The notes under the pieces were generated by a model, which saw only the letters and a program-made list of their open reading frames with translations, searched no databases and was not told where the DNA came from. DNA of 49,058 nucleotides from Bdellovibrionales bacterium RIFOXYD12_FULL_39_22 (GTDB lineage Bacteria > Bdellovibrionota > Bacteriovoracia > Bacteriovoracales > Bacteriovoracaceae). The translations under genes were made by a program, and so were the position numbers. Below, piece by piece: positions 20,636 to 30,313 of the stretch (position 1 is the first letter of the stretch; the number at the start of each line of letters is the position of its first letter). Location of the stretch: assembly GCA_001770205.1 (NCBI GenBank), contig MEQL01000037.1, positions 62,001 to 111,058 of the forward strand, given 5' to 3'.

Positions 20636-20903
20636 ATCAACTCCTAATTAAAATTCAAAAAATCTATTGATAATAATCTTGCTTTTTTAATTCAAAAAAT
20701 AAGTCTTGGCAAGTTGTTTTTAGCTCACCTCCTTTAAGGTTTGATAGGTTGTGATTGGCCGGGTGGCGTCGTGGTGTAAATTAGTCACACGAAAGCTTAC
20801 TGGGCAGGGCACTGAAAGAAGGAAAGATTGATTCTAAGAGGAGAAAACCTTGGGATTTGCTTCCGAGAAGGGGGAGAATTAAAAAAACGGACATCATAAG
20901 AAG

Positions 20904-20980
<77 letters not shown>

Positions 20981-21017
20981 GTCGACTATGGTAAGGGAAA
21001 TAAGATAAGTTAAAAAA

Positions 21018-21611
21018 TCAAGAATGACAATTTCTTTTCTTAAAAAAACTTGTCGCCTTTTGACAAGCAACTGCGCGATGGGAGTGTTTCATTTTCCAAT
21101 CTTCAATCATGGCCAGAGAAAGCTTGGGATCATCAAAATTAGTTGGATGAAAAAGAGGATCATAGCCAAAACCGCCAGTGCCGCTTTCTGCGAAGGCAAT
21201 AGTTCCATCAACCTTCCCTTCAAAAAAAAAGATCTCGGAGGGTGATAGATAAAAGCATAGTACGCAGGAAAAATGGGCATTGCGATTGCTAATTCCTTTA
21301 AGCTTTTCTAGTAGGAGTTTGTTTTTTTCTGATTGTGGTAGGCTGGCGCCTCCAAATCGGGCCGAATATATACCCAATTCGTCGGGAAGAGCATCGACGT
21401 TTAATCCGGAGTCATCTGCTAAAACTGGCGTTTTAAACTTGTTGTAATATGCCTGGGCCTTGATAAATGCATTCTCGCTGTATGTAAAACCAGTTTCTTC
21501 TACGTCGATATTTTCGCTTGCAACTTGAACAGAGAAAATAGTTGGGTCAAGTAGCGATGAAAATTCGTGGGCCTTGTGTTTGTTAGCAGTTGCTAAAATC
21601 AGCTCGATCAT
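21018..21611 (-). CDS. rdgB: Non-canonical purine NTP pyrophosphatase (RdgB/HAM1)
   Basis: AT.N.HK, ADDSGL, YSARF, GFGYDPLF and SHR motifs. Confidence 0.95.
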   Translation of the reverse strand: MIELILATANKHKAHEFSSLLDPTIFSVQVASENIDVEETGFTYSENAFIKAQAYYNKFKTPVLADDSGLNVDALPDELGIYSARFGGASLPQSEKNKLLLEKLKGISNRNAHFSCVLCFYLSPSEIFFFEGKVDGTIAFAESGTGGFGYDPLFHPTNFDDPKLSLAMIEDWKMKHSHRAVACQKATSFFKKRNCHS

Positions 21612-22312
21612 TGTAGGGCCAAATCCTGTGCGTCAAAAACAGATTTTAAGGCATTGTTTGCACAATCTAAAATAGCATTTAGTTGCTCACGATTAAATGG
21701 TTCTTTTTCTGCAGTTCCCTGAATCTCAATAAAACGGCCATTTTTTGTCATAACTATATTCATGTCGGTATCGCATGTGGAGTCTTCATTGTAATTGAGG
21801 TCTGCAATGATTTTGCCGTTGTTGTTGATTCCAATGCTGATGGCCGCCACTGGTTCGCGAAGCGGGTTCTCTGTAATAATACCATCGCCCATTAGCTTTT
21901 TAACTGCCAGTGCCAGCGCTACATATGCTCCGGAGATGGAAGTAGTGCGTGTCCCGCCATCGGCAACCAAAACATCACAATCTATCGTAAGTGATCGTTC
22001 ACCAATTTTCTTTAAATCAATAATAGAACGTAGACTTCGTCCAATTAGTCTTTGAATTTCCATCGTGCGCCCACCCACAGAGTTTCTCTCACGCTTGCCT
22101 CTGGTATGAGTTGCGGAGGGAAGCATAGAGTATTCTGCAGTTACCCACCCCTGTTGCTTACCTTTCAAAAAAGGAGGAACAGATTCTTCAATTACGGCAG
22201 TAATGTGAACTTTTGTGTTTCCAAATTCGGCCATGACGCTGCCAGCAGCATATGGGTTTATCGATGGTGTGAAGGAAATTTTTCTTGGGGTGTCGCGCTC
22301 AATTAAAGACAT
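21608..22312 (-). CDS. rph: Ribonuclease PH
   Basis: GWVTAEYSMLP, EIQRLIGRSLR, ADGGTRT and EIQGTAE motifs. Confidence 0.97.
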   Translation of the reverse strand: MSLIERDTPRKISFTPSINPYAAGSVMAEFGNTKVHITAVIEESVPPFLKGKQQGWVTAEYSMLPSATHTRGKRERNSVGGRTMEIQRLIGRSLRSIIDLKKIGERSLTIDCDVLVADGGTRTTSISGAYVALALAVKKLMGDGIITENPLREPVAAISIGINNNGKIIADLNYNEDSTCDTDMNIVMTKNGRFIEIQGTAEKEPFNREQLNAILDCANNALKSVFDAQDLALQ

Positions 22313-22412
22313 TTTTTGCTCCTAAAAAAACTAAATTTGTGGTAAGCAGAAGTTAATACTATAACAACAGACCATTGACTAGTAAAAAACTAGGATGACG
22401 AGAGGGATGTTT

Positions 22413-23135
22413 ATGGAACATATACACCTTGAAAGTTGTGCTTCAACACAGCTCTATTTGAGTGATAACATCGATGAAATGATGGGAATGGCAAAATCTT
22501 CTGATTTTTTAGTTACCACCAATCATCAAACTGATGGAGTGGGGAGAACAGGAAATAAGTGGGATGATTTAGAGCAAGCACTAGCATTTTCTTTTTCTCT
22601 TCGACCGAATGCAACTTTTTCTATTACACCGTTAGAGGTTGGTTGCATTTTAGTTAATTATTTTAGGCATACATTTAAAAAAGAGATATCCCTAAAATGG
22701 CCGAATGATCTTTTGACCGGAGAAGGAAAAAAGTGTGGGGGGATTATTTGTAACTATCAGGCCCAGAATATGGTAATCGTTGGTGTTGGAATTAATCTTT
22801 CTAAACCAAGTGAGAGTAAGGATACGTCTTATTATAAAACTCCTGTAGGTTTTATTGATCTGGGAAAAGAGGTTATGGGGCGTAGCAATTTGCGCAAGGA
22901 TTTGCCGGCAGAAATTTTCAACTTTATTTTAAAAAATCGATTGAGTGCAGAGGCCGTGGTGGATAGCTGGTCAAAATATTGTTTGCATATTAAAAAAAAT
23001 GTGCAAATTAACGATGATAATTATGAATATGCTGGCCGATTTGTTGGTATTAGCGAAGGCGGAGAGGCAATAATTGAGGATTTGGCCGACAAATCTATTC
23101 ATTCCTTTGTGGCCGGCCATTTATCTATGCTATAA
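22413..23135 (+). CDS. birA: Biotin-protein ligase, class I (no HTH)
   Basis: QT.G.GR.G..W, KWPND, KCGGI and GVGIN; no N-terminal DNA-binding domain. Confidence 0.9.
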   Translation: MEHIHLESCASTQLYLSDNIDEMMGMAKSSDFLVTTNHQTDGVGRTGNKWDDLEQALAFSFSLRPNATFSITPLEVGCILVNYFRHTFKKEISLKWPNDLLTGEGKKCGGIICNYQAQNMVIVGVGINLSKPSESKDTSYYKTPVGFIDLGKEVMGRSNLRKDLPAEIFNFILKNRLSAEAVVDSWSKYCLHIKKNVQINDDNYEYAGRFVGISEGGEAIIEDLADKSIHSFVAGHLSML

Positions 23136-23158
23136 TCTCTAATCTCTAATCTCTAATC
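23133..23158. repeat. Tandem heptamer (TAATCTC)x3.7
   Basis: TAATCTC TAATCTC TAATCTC TAATC spans both stop codons of the convergent birA and romR-like genes. Confidence 0.9.
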
Positions 23159-24292
23159 CACGGAATCGGCCAAGGAAGACAGCTCTTTTTTGATAAGATT
23201 TTCTGCTAGGTCTGGAATTACTTCCCAGGCAACTTTCTCTACAATTTCTTGGCAATATTGTTTTACGTATGCCTCGATTATTGGCGTTAAGTCGGCTTTG
23301 AGTTTTTCGCTTATTTCCTCAATGTTTTGAGTTGGACTTTTTTTAGTTTCTACTGTTGTGGTCGAGTTAGTTTTTTCATCTGTGTTATTCAATTTGTTGG
23401 CCGTCTTGGGGCCATTTTCCCAGAATTCTTGAGAGGATATTTCATCAGATAGATCTATTTGGGCGGTATGTTTATGACTAGGCGCCATATCTTCTAGTTC
23501 CGGACTGGGGCCATCAGTGTCGTCGAGGAGTAAATCATCCAGAGGAGTTAGTTTGCTTAGTATATCACTTTGCCTGTCTTCTGTTTTAATCTCTTGTATA
23601 CTTGGGCGCATTATAATTGGATTAGTTGGGCGATCATCATCTTCTTCATTCTCATTTTCGGCTTCAGTTTTGTTTTTGCTTTTTTCCTCATCTTCTTCTT
23701 TAATGATCTCTATATTTTTGTCGGTCGTTGTCTCATAAGCAGATGCGCTGGCAATTATCTCCGGGATTGGAGTTGTGATTTCATTATTATGTCCAATTAT
23801 TGAGGGAACGGGAATAGTCCATTCAGATGCTTCTGCCAATAGATTGTTTTGCATATCATTTCCTTCGTGTTGTAAATCAGCTTCTTGATTTTGCGATTGA
23901 TTTATACCGTTGGCCAATTTTGTAGAGGAAAGTAATGTGTTGCATTTTTTTATAAAATCCTTACTTTCAAAAGGGCGAATAATATGTCCGTCAATCGCAG
24001 AATTATTGACTAAAAGATGAGTTATTGATTCAGAGCTGGCGGTAAGAAGGAGAATTTTAGTTGTAGGTATTTCCTTTTTAATTTTGGCAGCAATTTCAGG
24101 AAGTCGTTCGATGGAAGCAACAATTTTGCTGTCCATGATAACAAGATCGAAATTTTCTGATTTTATTTTTTCAAAAATTTCTGCATAATCTTTAGCAAAA
24201 AAAAGAGATGCCGACTCTCTTTTGAATGTAATTTCTACTACTTTTTGAATTGTTGGGTTATTGTTTGCTAATAAAATTTTGCTGTTTTGCAT
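23153..24292 (-). CDS. romR: RomR-like polarity response regulator (atypical receiver, acidic/Pro linker, RomR C-terminal motif)
   Basis: REC domain KILLANNNPTIQKVV...LVIMD; C-terminal IVEKVAWEVIPDLAENLIKKEL resembles the conserved RomR tail. Start ATG 24292. Confidence 0.8.
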   Translation of the reverse strand: MQNSKILLANNNPTIQKVVEITFKRESASLFFAKDYAEIFEKIKSENFDLVIMDSKIVASIERLPEIAAKIKKEIPTTKILLLTASSESITHLLVNNSAIDGHIIRPFESKDFIKKCNTLLSSTKLANGINQSQNQEADLQHEGNDMQNNLLAEASEWTIPVPSIIGHNNEITTPIPEIIASASAYETTTDKNIEIIKEEDEEKSKNKTEAENENEEDDDRPTNPIIMRPSIQEIKTEDRQSDILSKLTPLDDLLLDDTDGPSPELEDMAPSHKHTAQIDLSDEISSQEFWENGPKTANKLNNTDEKTNSTTTVETKKSPTQNIEEISEKLKADLTPIIEAYVKQYCQEIVEKVAWEVIPDLAENLIKKELSSLADSVD

Positions 24293-24405
24293 ATATAAGC
24301 TTCTTCCTCGCACGATACGCTGTTGCACTCCATTTTTGGTAAATGCACAAAAAGTATATCAATAGTTTACCCTATCTCTCTCTCTTCGCAACACTCTATT
24401 TGTGC

Positions 24406-25146
24406 TTAAAACCTGAGTAAAATAATCGATTGATTGTCTAGGTTGTCCCGTGAGTTTGCCAGTGAGATTAATTCTTGTGCTAAGTTCTCTAGTTGATCAG
24501 TTTTTTTCTGGGCAGCATATCTCAACTCTTTTTTTGTTATTCGAGAATATATCCCATCAGTTAGCATTATGATGAGATCATCTGGAAATAGCTTAACTTC
24601 TCGAACATTAATACTAAGATCTTCAAAGAGGCCGAAACCACTCATTGGAGAAGTAAAAGAATGTTTATTAAACTCATCAACGGACATCATATCCAAAGAG
24701 TCTGGATAATTAATTGTTTCTAAAATACCATTGCGAAGTAGAAGCGAGATGCAGTTTCCTGTGGAAACAAAAGTTAGGATTGGCCCTTTAATATATGCGC
24801 ATATTGCGGATGCGCCAGCTCGCTTATCCATTGGAAGGTCGCGATTGTTTTTAAAAATTTTACTATGGGCATATTTCATTGCATTAATGATAGCATTTCC
24901 TTCTAGTAAATATTTGGGGCCATAAAAAAAAGGGAAGGTAGCATTTGGATCAGTTCCGTTTTTGGTAAAATAATTTTTTATGATTTGTTTTATCTCTGCG
25001 ACACATCGATCTCCCAGCCCAGCACCTCCAAGGCCATCAAATATTATGGCCAAGTTATGAATCAAGTCGACATCTATGTCATCTTCATTAACATTGAGAA
25101 ATGGCCCCTGATGTGTATGCGCAAAAAATTTTTTCAAAGGATACAT
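24406..25146 (-). CDS. PP2C/SpoIIE-type Ser/Thr protein phosphatase
   Basis: NED, FDGLGG, LTDG and DN motifs; the usual GDSR is replaced by GNCI. Confidence 0.85.
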   Translation of the reverse strand: MYPLKKFFAHTHQGPFLNVNEDDIDVDLIHNLAIIFDGLGGAGLGDRCVAEIKQIIKNYFTKNGTDPNATFPFFYGPKYLLEGNAIINAMKYAHSKIFKNNRDLPMDKRAGASAICAYIKGPILTFVSTGNCISLLLRNGILETINYPDSLDMMSVDEFNKHSFTSPMSGFGLFEDLSINVREVKLFPDDLIIMLTDGIYSRITKKELRYAAQKKTDQLENLAQELISLANSRDNLDNQSIILLRF

Positions 25147-25160
25147 GTTTTCTTCCTTAT

Positions 25161-27389
25161 TTACTCTGGATAGCTTTGTAGTTTATTTGTTGCTTTTTTA
25201 TAATAAGGACTATCCGTCGGAGAAATTTGTTGAACTTCTTTAAATTTATCCTTGGCATCATCAAATAAGCTGAGCGACTCAGAAACTAGTGCCTCCTGAT
25301 AAATCTTTTTTGCTCGCTTGCTTAATATTTCGTATATTTCATTCATGGCATCAAGTGCTTCTATATTTGATTTGTCATAGGCCAGTGTTTTAGCATAGTG
25401 CTCGTAAGCACCTTTTAGGTCTTGGCCTTCTTTTAAAGATCTTGCTTTGCCAATTAAGGGTGCAACAATAGAGTTTAAATTTTCTTCTGATTCGCTTAAC
25501 ATTTTGGCCGCTTCGGCAGTTAGATCTGGATCCATGTCGGACAGACGTAAAAATTGTTGCAGCTTTATAATGGCACTGTACCATTCTTTTTTTAAAAAGA
25601 AATCTCGGCCAGGGGCCAAAAGTTTTTCTTTACGGTTGCGCTCTGCTTTTTTTGCGGCTTCCTCCATAGCAATTCGTTCCTGCTCTCTTTTCCAGTATTC
25701 AAGCTCATTTTTTAATCTAGGAATATCACTATTTTCAGGATCAAGACTCATTACTTCAGTGAAAATACTTTCCGCCAAATTGACCTCTTTTTTCTCAACC
25801 GCCTCTTGTGCCTTTTCGATTAAAGAGTCAATTTTTTTCTGTCGAGCTTGTCGGGCCTCGTCTTCACGTCTTTTTTTCTCCAGTTCTTCTAGTTGTGCAA
25901 GTCCTTGTGTGGCGGTATCAAAGAGCATGCGAGATTCTTTGTATGATTCATTGTTGGTTATGATTTTTATGCGCTCTAAATACATTAGGGCTTCTTGATA
26001 TTTGCCGCTATTAATCAAGTCCTTGGCCAAAAGATAATTGGACTCTAATTCTTCTAATTCTGGGCGAGAATATTCTTTTTGCTGTTTGGACTTTTTTTCA
26101 TTGGTATTAGCGTTACTGTCAGATTCGGCAGTTGTGTTAGAAATATTTTTACCATCTTTGGTCGTGGCCGAAAGTGTTTTTTTCTCTTCAGTTGGAATAA
26201 AAAGTAATAAAACTAAAAACAGCAAGCTTCCGTACATTACAAGACGTTTTACGCCAATCTTTTTTAGAAAAGATAGGGCATTGTTTTCGTTACTGGCAGT
26301 TGCGGTGTCAGCGAGTTCGTCAGCAAAATCAGTACCAACCTCAACAATCTCTTCAACTTCCACAAATTGATTGTCTTCTACTGGCATGAATCTGTTTTTT
26401 TCTTCAGAAATTATTTTAGAAGAAACTTTAAAAGTAAAAGTGGTACTGCCAATTATAAACTCGTCAGCATTGGCCAGCTCAGCCTTGTTAATTCTCTCTC
26501 CGTTAAGCAATGTTCCGTTGGCAGATTGTAGATCTACTAAAAAACAGGTCGATCCGCTTTTTACTATTTTAGAGTGTATTCCAGAAACTTCGACATCGTT
26601 TAAGACAATTTTGCACTTGTTAGGATTTCGCCCGATGAATGTTTCTCCATCCTCAATAGCGTATTTGTCGTAAGGTGCAAATTCGCCAAAAATCTCCAAT
26701 TCAAAAGTAGCAAATGTTTTAAAGAGTTGAGTCTTATCACCATCAGTAATTATTTCATTTTCTATTGCTCCAACTTCCGGGATGCCGTTTTCGGTTGAAG
26801 TTGTCTTAAACTCGCTCTCTAAGTTATCCTCGTTGGCCTCTGTTGGGAAATTGGTAGTAGGGGAGGACTGCTCAGCGGCATCTTTGCTGAGAGATATTTC
26901 GCTGTTATCTGTATCGCCAAGTGGGCCATTTTTTTCAGTTTTGTTTGTGGTATTTGGGTTAAGGCCTAGATCAGCATCAATAGCATTATCTTCTAATGAT
27001 TCCGCAAAAGTTGAGACAGAAGAAGCTTCTTTTGATGGCACTTTGGAGGAGGTGGGAGGGGATTCTTCTTCGCTGGCCATTGGTGAAAAAACTGGCTGTA
27101 AAATGAATGGCCCGATAGTAATTATATCTCCATCGACTAGTATTTTTTCTATATATGGAGCTCCATTAATCAGTAAAGATCCATACGGTGATTCATTAAA
27201 TATCTTCCAGGTATTTTTTTTATGCTCGATACGTCCAAAGTCGCGAGAAATTTGAACATCATCTAAGACAATATGATTGTTTGAGGAGCGGCCAAGATAA
27301 AAGACAGTTATGCCTTCGCTATCAAAAATATCTTTTTTTAAATCGATGTTGGCAATCAGTTCATTACCACGAAAAACATTTAATCTCAT
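25161..27389 (-). CDS. Membrane protein with two FHA domains, a TM and a periplasmic TPR/coiled-coil region
   Basis: FHA1 LGRSS...ISRDF (degenerate); FHA2 IGRN...SGIH...SANGT (intact); TM LVMYGSLLFLVLLLFI; TPR-like helices. Confidence 0.88.
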   Translation of the reverse strand: MRLNVFRGNELIANIDLKKDIFDSEGITVFYLGRSSNNHIVLDDVQISRDFGRIEHKKNTWKIFNESPYGSLLINGAPYIEKILVDGDIITIGPFILQPVFSPMASEEESPPTSSKVPSKEASSVSTFAESLEDNAIDADLGLNPNTTNKTEKNGPLGDTDNSEISLSKDAAEQSSPTTNFPTEANEDNLESEFKTTSTENGIPEVGAIENEIITDGDKTQLFKTFATFELEIFGEFAPYDKYAIEDGETFIGRNPNKCKIVLNDVEVSGIHSKIVKSGSTCFLVDLQSANGTLLNGERINKAELANADEFIIGSTTFTFKVSSKIISEEKNRFMPVEDNQFVEVEEIVEVGTDFADELADTATASNENNALSFLKKIGVKRLVMYGSLLFLVLLLFIPTEEKKTLSATTKDGKNISNTTAESDSNANTNEKKSKQQKEYSRPELEELESNYLLAKDLINSGKYQEALMYLERIKIITNNESYKESRMLFDTATQGLAQLEELEKKRREDEARQARQKKIDSLIEKAQEAVEKKEVNLAESIFTEVMSLDPENSDIPRLKNELEYWKREQERIAMEEAAKKAERNRKEKLLAPGRDFFLKKEWYSAIIKLQQFLRLSDMDPDLTAEAAKMLSESEENLNSIVAPLIGKARSLKEGQDLKGAYEHYAKTLAYDKSNIEALDAMNEIYEILSKRAKKIYQEALVSESLSLFDDAKDKFKEVQQISPTDSPYYKKATNKLQSYPE

Positions 27390-28383
27390 CTTTTTCTAAT
27401 CCCATTTTTTGTTCTATGTGATTTAATTTTGCAATAGCATTTTTATATTCTTCCATGTCTGGATATCTTTCTAGAGTGCGAATAATAAAACAAAAATTAA
27501 CGATCGCTTGCTTATATCTAATAGCATCAATATTTTTTTGGCCAGTTTCGCTCTCTTTGGCCAACATTGTTTTAAGATCATTTTTGGCAGTGGTTATATA
27601 GGCAGAGGCATCTCGATTATTGTTGTCCAGTGCTTGGGCCAATTCAAATTCGCTTATTGCTCGAAAGTAATTTCCTTCTCGTAATTCTCGCTGGCCACGG
27701 GCCATAATAACAGCAATCCGTTCATTGGTTTCTTTGTCTGCCTCAGAAAGTTCGTTTTTTGCATTTTGGCCAAACTGATCGTTTCCACTTGTTGCTCCAG
27801 CGTATCTATTAGCTTTTGTCGGGGTTGTTGTTGGCCTGTTACTCTTTTCTGGTTCTGCCATAAATAGAACAACTACTCCAACAACTCCAACTGCCAGGAT
27901 TATCTTTCGCTTCATTGGCATTTGGTTAGATGATTGGTCTTGAATTTCATTTTTTAATTCGCTGGATGGTAAATTGTCATTTTCGTCGTTAGTTGCTGCG
28001 ACAATGGCATTTTGCTTTTCTTCAAAAGTTGTTGCTATGGTGATAATGTTATATTTAAATACAGTATGGCCAATTATGATTTTATCTCCATCATTTAAGG
28101 CGTGTTGAGTTATTTTTAAATCGTTAACCACAATCCCGTTGTGTGATGCCAGATCAGTTATTATGTATCTATCGCCGGTTTTAATAATTTCGGCATGCTC
28201 TCTTGAGCTTTGACTGTCCATAACCTGAATGTCTGCATCCTCTGATCTGCCCATAACAATTCTGCCAGTACGCAAATAGTATGACGTACCTTTGTATTTA
28301 CCCGTCATGCATAAAATTCTATAATGCACACCCTTGGTGGTTGGCGGAGTAAATGTTTTTTTTATCAAAACTTTATTTTCCAT
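27364..28383 (-). CDS. FHA-TM-TPR protein
   Basis: MGRSE...SSREH...SHNGI FHA; TM IILAVGVVGVVVLF; TPR-like C-terminus. Confidence 0.88.
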   Translation of the reverse strand: MENKVLIKKTFTPPTTKGVHYRILCMTGKYKGTSYYLRTGRIVMGRSEDADIQVMDSQSSREHAEIIKTGDRYIITDLASHNGIVVNDLKITQHALNDGDKIIIGHTVFKYNIITIATTFEEKQNAIVAATNDENDNLPSSELKNEIQDQSSNQMPMKRKIILAVGVVGVVVLFMAEPEKSNRPTTTPTKANRYAGATSGNDQFGQNAKNELSEADKETNERIAVIMARGQRELREGNYFRAISEFELAQALDNNNRDASAYITTAKNDLKTMLAKESETGQKNIDAIRYKQAIVNFCFIIRTLERYPDMEEYKNAIAKLNHIEQKMGLEKDEIKCFSW

Positions 28384-29969
28384 TAGTTCATTTCTCTAAC
28401 AAAAGAGATATAAAAGGCCTTAGCAAAATGATCTTTTCCGATCAAGGCCGTCGCAAATATTGTATATTCGTTACCGGTAAGTTCATAGGTACCTTTTTGG
28501 CAAGTGCCGTTATTGTTGGCCGACTGGTCACATAATTCAATTAGCATTGCGGCAAAGCCTTTTTCCTTAGCAACATCTAGGAGGCTTTCTCCAATCGAAG
28601 TAGTCTCGCGCATGCCGGTTAAGTCTTCGGCCATGGTGTTTATGCTAGATAGATTTTTTTCACTATTTAAAATAAGTGCTGGGCCAGCAGATCCGAGCAT
28701 TAATTCTTTAAGGGTATTAAGGTAAGGAGCATCGTCTTCAACTTCTCCGAATTGATCTTCGGCATTATGTCCTTGAAGCTCGCGCATTTTTTGTAAAATA
28801 TTATTGATTGAACTTTTCAGAGGGGAGAGTTCAGTCATAAAATATTTACCCTCGACTTCTCGTCTTTTTCCGCGTAGGGCCTCTTCAATCTGCATTCGCA
28901 ATTCTTCTAGTGGGCGGCAAGTTAGATAATAGATAATTCCAAAAAATACAATGGCCAGTAGTGTCGACATTGATATTGATTCTAGGTATAACTTGGAGTT
29001 TTTAGTGGCCAGCGAAGTTAAAATTGGTGGTGCAAATTTAATTACAATAATCCCCACCGGCTCAGCAGATTGAGTTTTCAGATTAAAGGCCTTTATCGTT
29101 TTTCCAATGACAACTCCGCCATCACTCATTTCTCTTTCAAAAAGATCAACATCTTCAGTGTCATTATCCATGGCCGCACGGCCTTCGGTTAGTTCTTCTA
29201 GTGCCCCAACGGAGTAAATATCAGCTATATTTTCGTTGAGTTTACCAATAGGACGAATAATTTTACCTTTCGGTGTAAAAAGTTCGTATGAGACGACACC
29301 ACTTTCGCTATCTAAAAAGTTGGTGTTAATTTGATCGTAACTTCTTTTTTCCAATGCCAAGGCATTAGTTGCGGCAATTTGATTGGCATATGAGCGAACT
29401 CTTGCCTTGGTTTCAGTTAGTAGAACACGCTTGCTATCGCTTAGTACCGGAAAAATAGTAGCAGTAACAGTTAAAATAACAAATGCTGTTAAGATTAGGG
29501 AAAATAACAATCGCCATTCGTATTCTTCGTTAACACCGTAAAGTAGCTGCATAGCTTTGTGTTTAAAAAGATATAATATTTTTCCAATGGGACTTGAGGG
29601 CATAGAAACAGAGTCAAGATCTGTAGCATCTTCTGCACTGGAACTGTTGGATATTTTCTTTTTTATAATAACCTTTCTTTCTTCGACGTGTACTAGTTGC
29701 ATAACCATGTCTGGAATGGCAATGCGATCACCATTTTTTACGGTTATTTTTTTCACCATCTTTTCATTTACAAAAGTTCCATTCGCGCTATTTAGGTCTT
29801 CTAGATAAGCAACGTCTTTGGTAACAGTGATAGAGAGATGTTTTTTAGAAATTCCTTCAATCGCGATAGAGATGTCGCATTCAGGAGAGCGCCCAATGGT
29901 GTTTGTGCCATCATGGAGTATAAATTCTTGTCCACGCTTGGGCCCACTTATTGTAACTAGTTTGTACAT
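28383..29969 (-). CDS. FHA-TM-periplasmic domain-TM-HAMP-PAS-like protein with no catalytic output domain
   Basis: IGRSP...SKKH...SANGT FHA; two TMs; RPLEEL...EL..L...IN HAMP; short PAS-like tail. Confidence 0.8.
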   Translation of the reverse strand: MYKLVTISGPKRGQEFILHDGTNTIGRSPECDISIAIEGISKKHLSITVTKDVAYLEDLNSANGTFVNEKMVKKITVKNGDRIAIPDMVMQLVHVEERKVIIKKKISNSSSAEDATDLDSVSMPSSPIGKILYLFKHKAMQLLYGVNEEYEWRLLFSLILTAFVILTVTATIFPVLSDSKRVLLTETKARVRSYANQIAATNALALEKRSYDQINTNFLDSESGVVSYELFTPKGKIIRPIGKLNENIADIYSVGALEELTEGRAAMDNDTEDVDLFEREMSDGGVVIGKTIKAFNLKTQSAEPVGIIVIKFAPPILTSLATKNSKLYLESISMSTLLAIVFFGIIYYLTCRPLEELRMQIEEALRGKRREVEGKYFMTELSPLKSSINNILQKMRELQGHNAEDQFGEVEDDAPYLNTLKELMLGSAGPALILNSEKNLSSINTMAEDLTGMRETTSIGESLLDVAKEKGFAAMLIELCDQSANNNGTCQKGTYELTGNEYTIFATALIGKDHFAKAFYISFVREMN

Positions 29970-30310
29970 AGCACCTCAATTTTATCGTTAATTTTTAAAT
30001 TATCCGGAATGGTATTGGCCGGGAGTTCTAACACCTGTACTGCTCTTAAATAGATCCATGTGATTCGCCATGGTGACAAATTTCTAATTATCTTTACTAC
30101 GATAAAATTTTTATCTAAAAAGATAACATCAATAGGATACCGCATAAAAAAGGTGTGAATGGAATTACAGGGAGTGATCATTAGTCCATCAAACGTTTCC
30201 ATTGTCTTAGAAAACATCAATCCAATAATTCTATCTTGGAGGGTAGTTGCTTCTTTCATGGACTTACAGAGAGGTGACTTTAGGTGAGGGGCCGTAACTA
30301 TTTTTTTCAT
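29957..30310 (-). CDS. DUF192 family protein
   Basis: R..GLM, SIHTFFMRYPIDVIFLD and VLELPA signature. Confidence 0.92.
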   Translation of the reverse strand: MKKIVTAPHLKSPLCKSMKEATTLQDRIIGLMFSKTMETFDGLMITPCNSIHTFFMRYPIDVIFLDKNFIVVKIIRNLSPWRITWIYLRAVQVLELPANTIPDNLKINDKIEVLCTN

Positions 30311-30313
30311 ATG

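Noticed and set aside
25447..27255. Long antisense ORFs opposite the FHA gene, and similar ones opposite fabF, dnaK, mreB and the GYF_2 gene
   Set aside because: Shadow frames of well-supported genes, with Ser/Leu/Phe-rich composition and no motifs.
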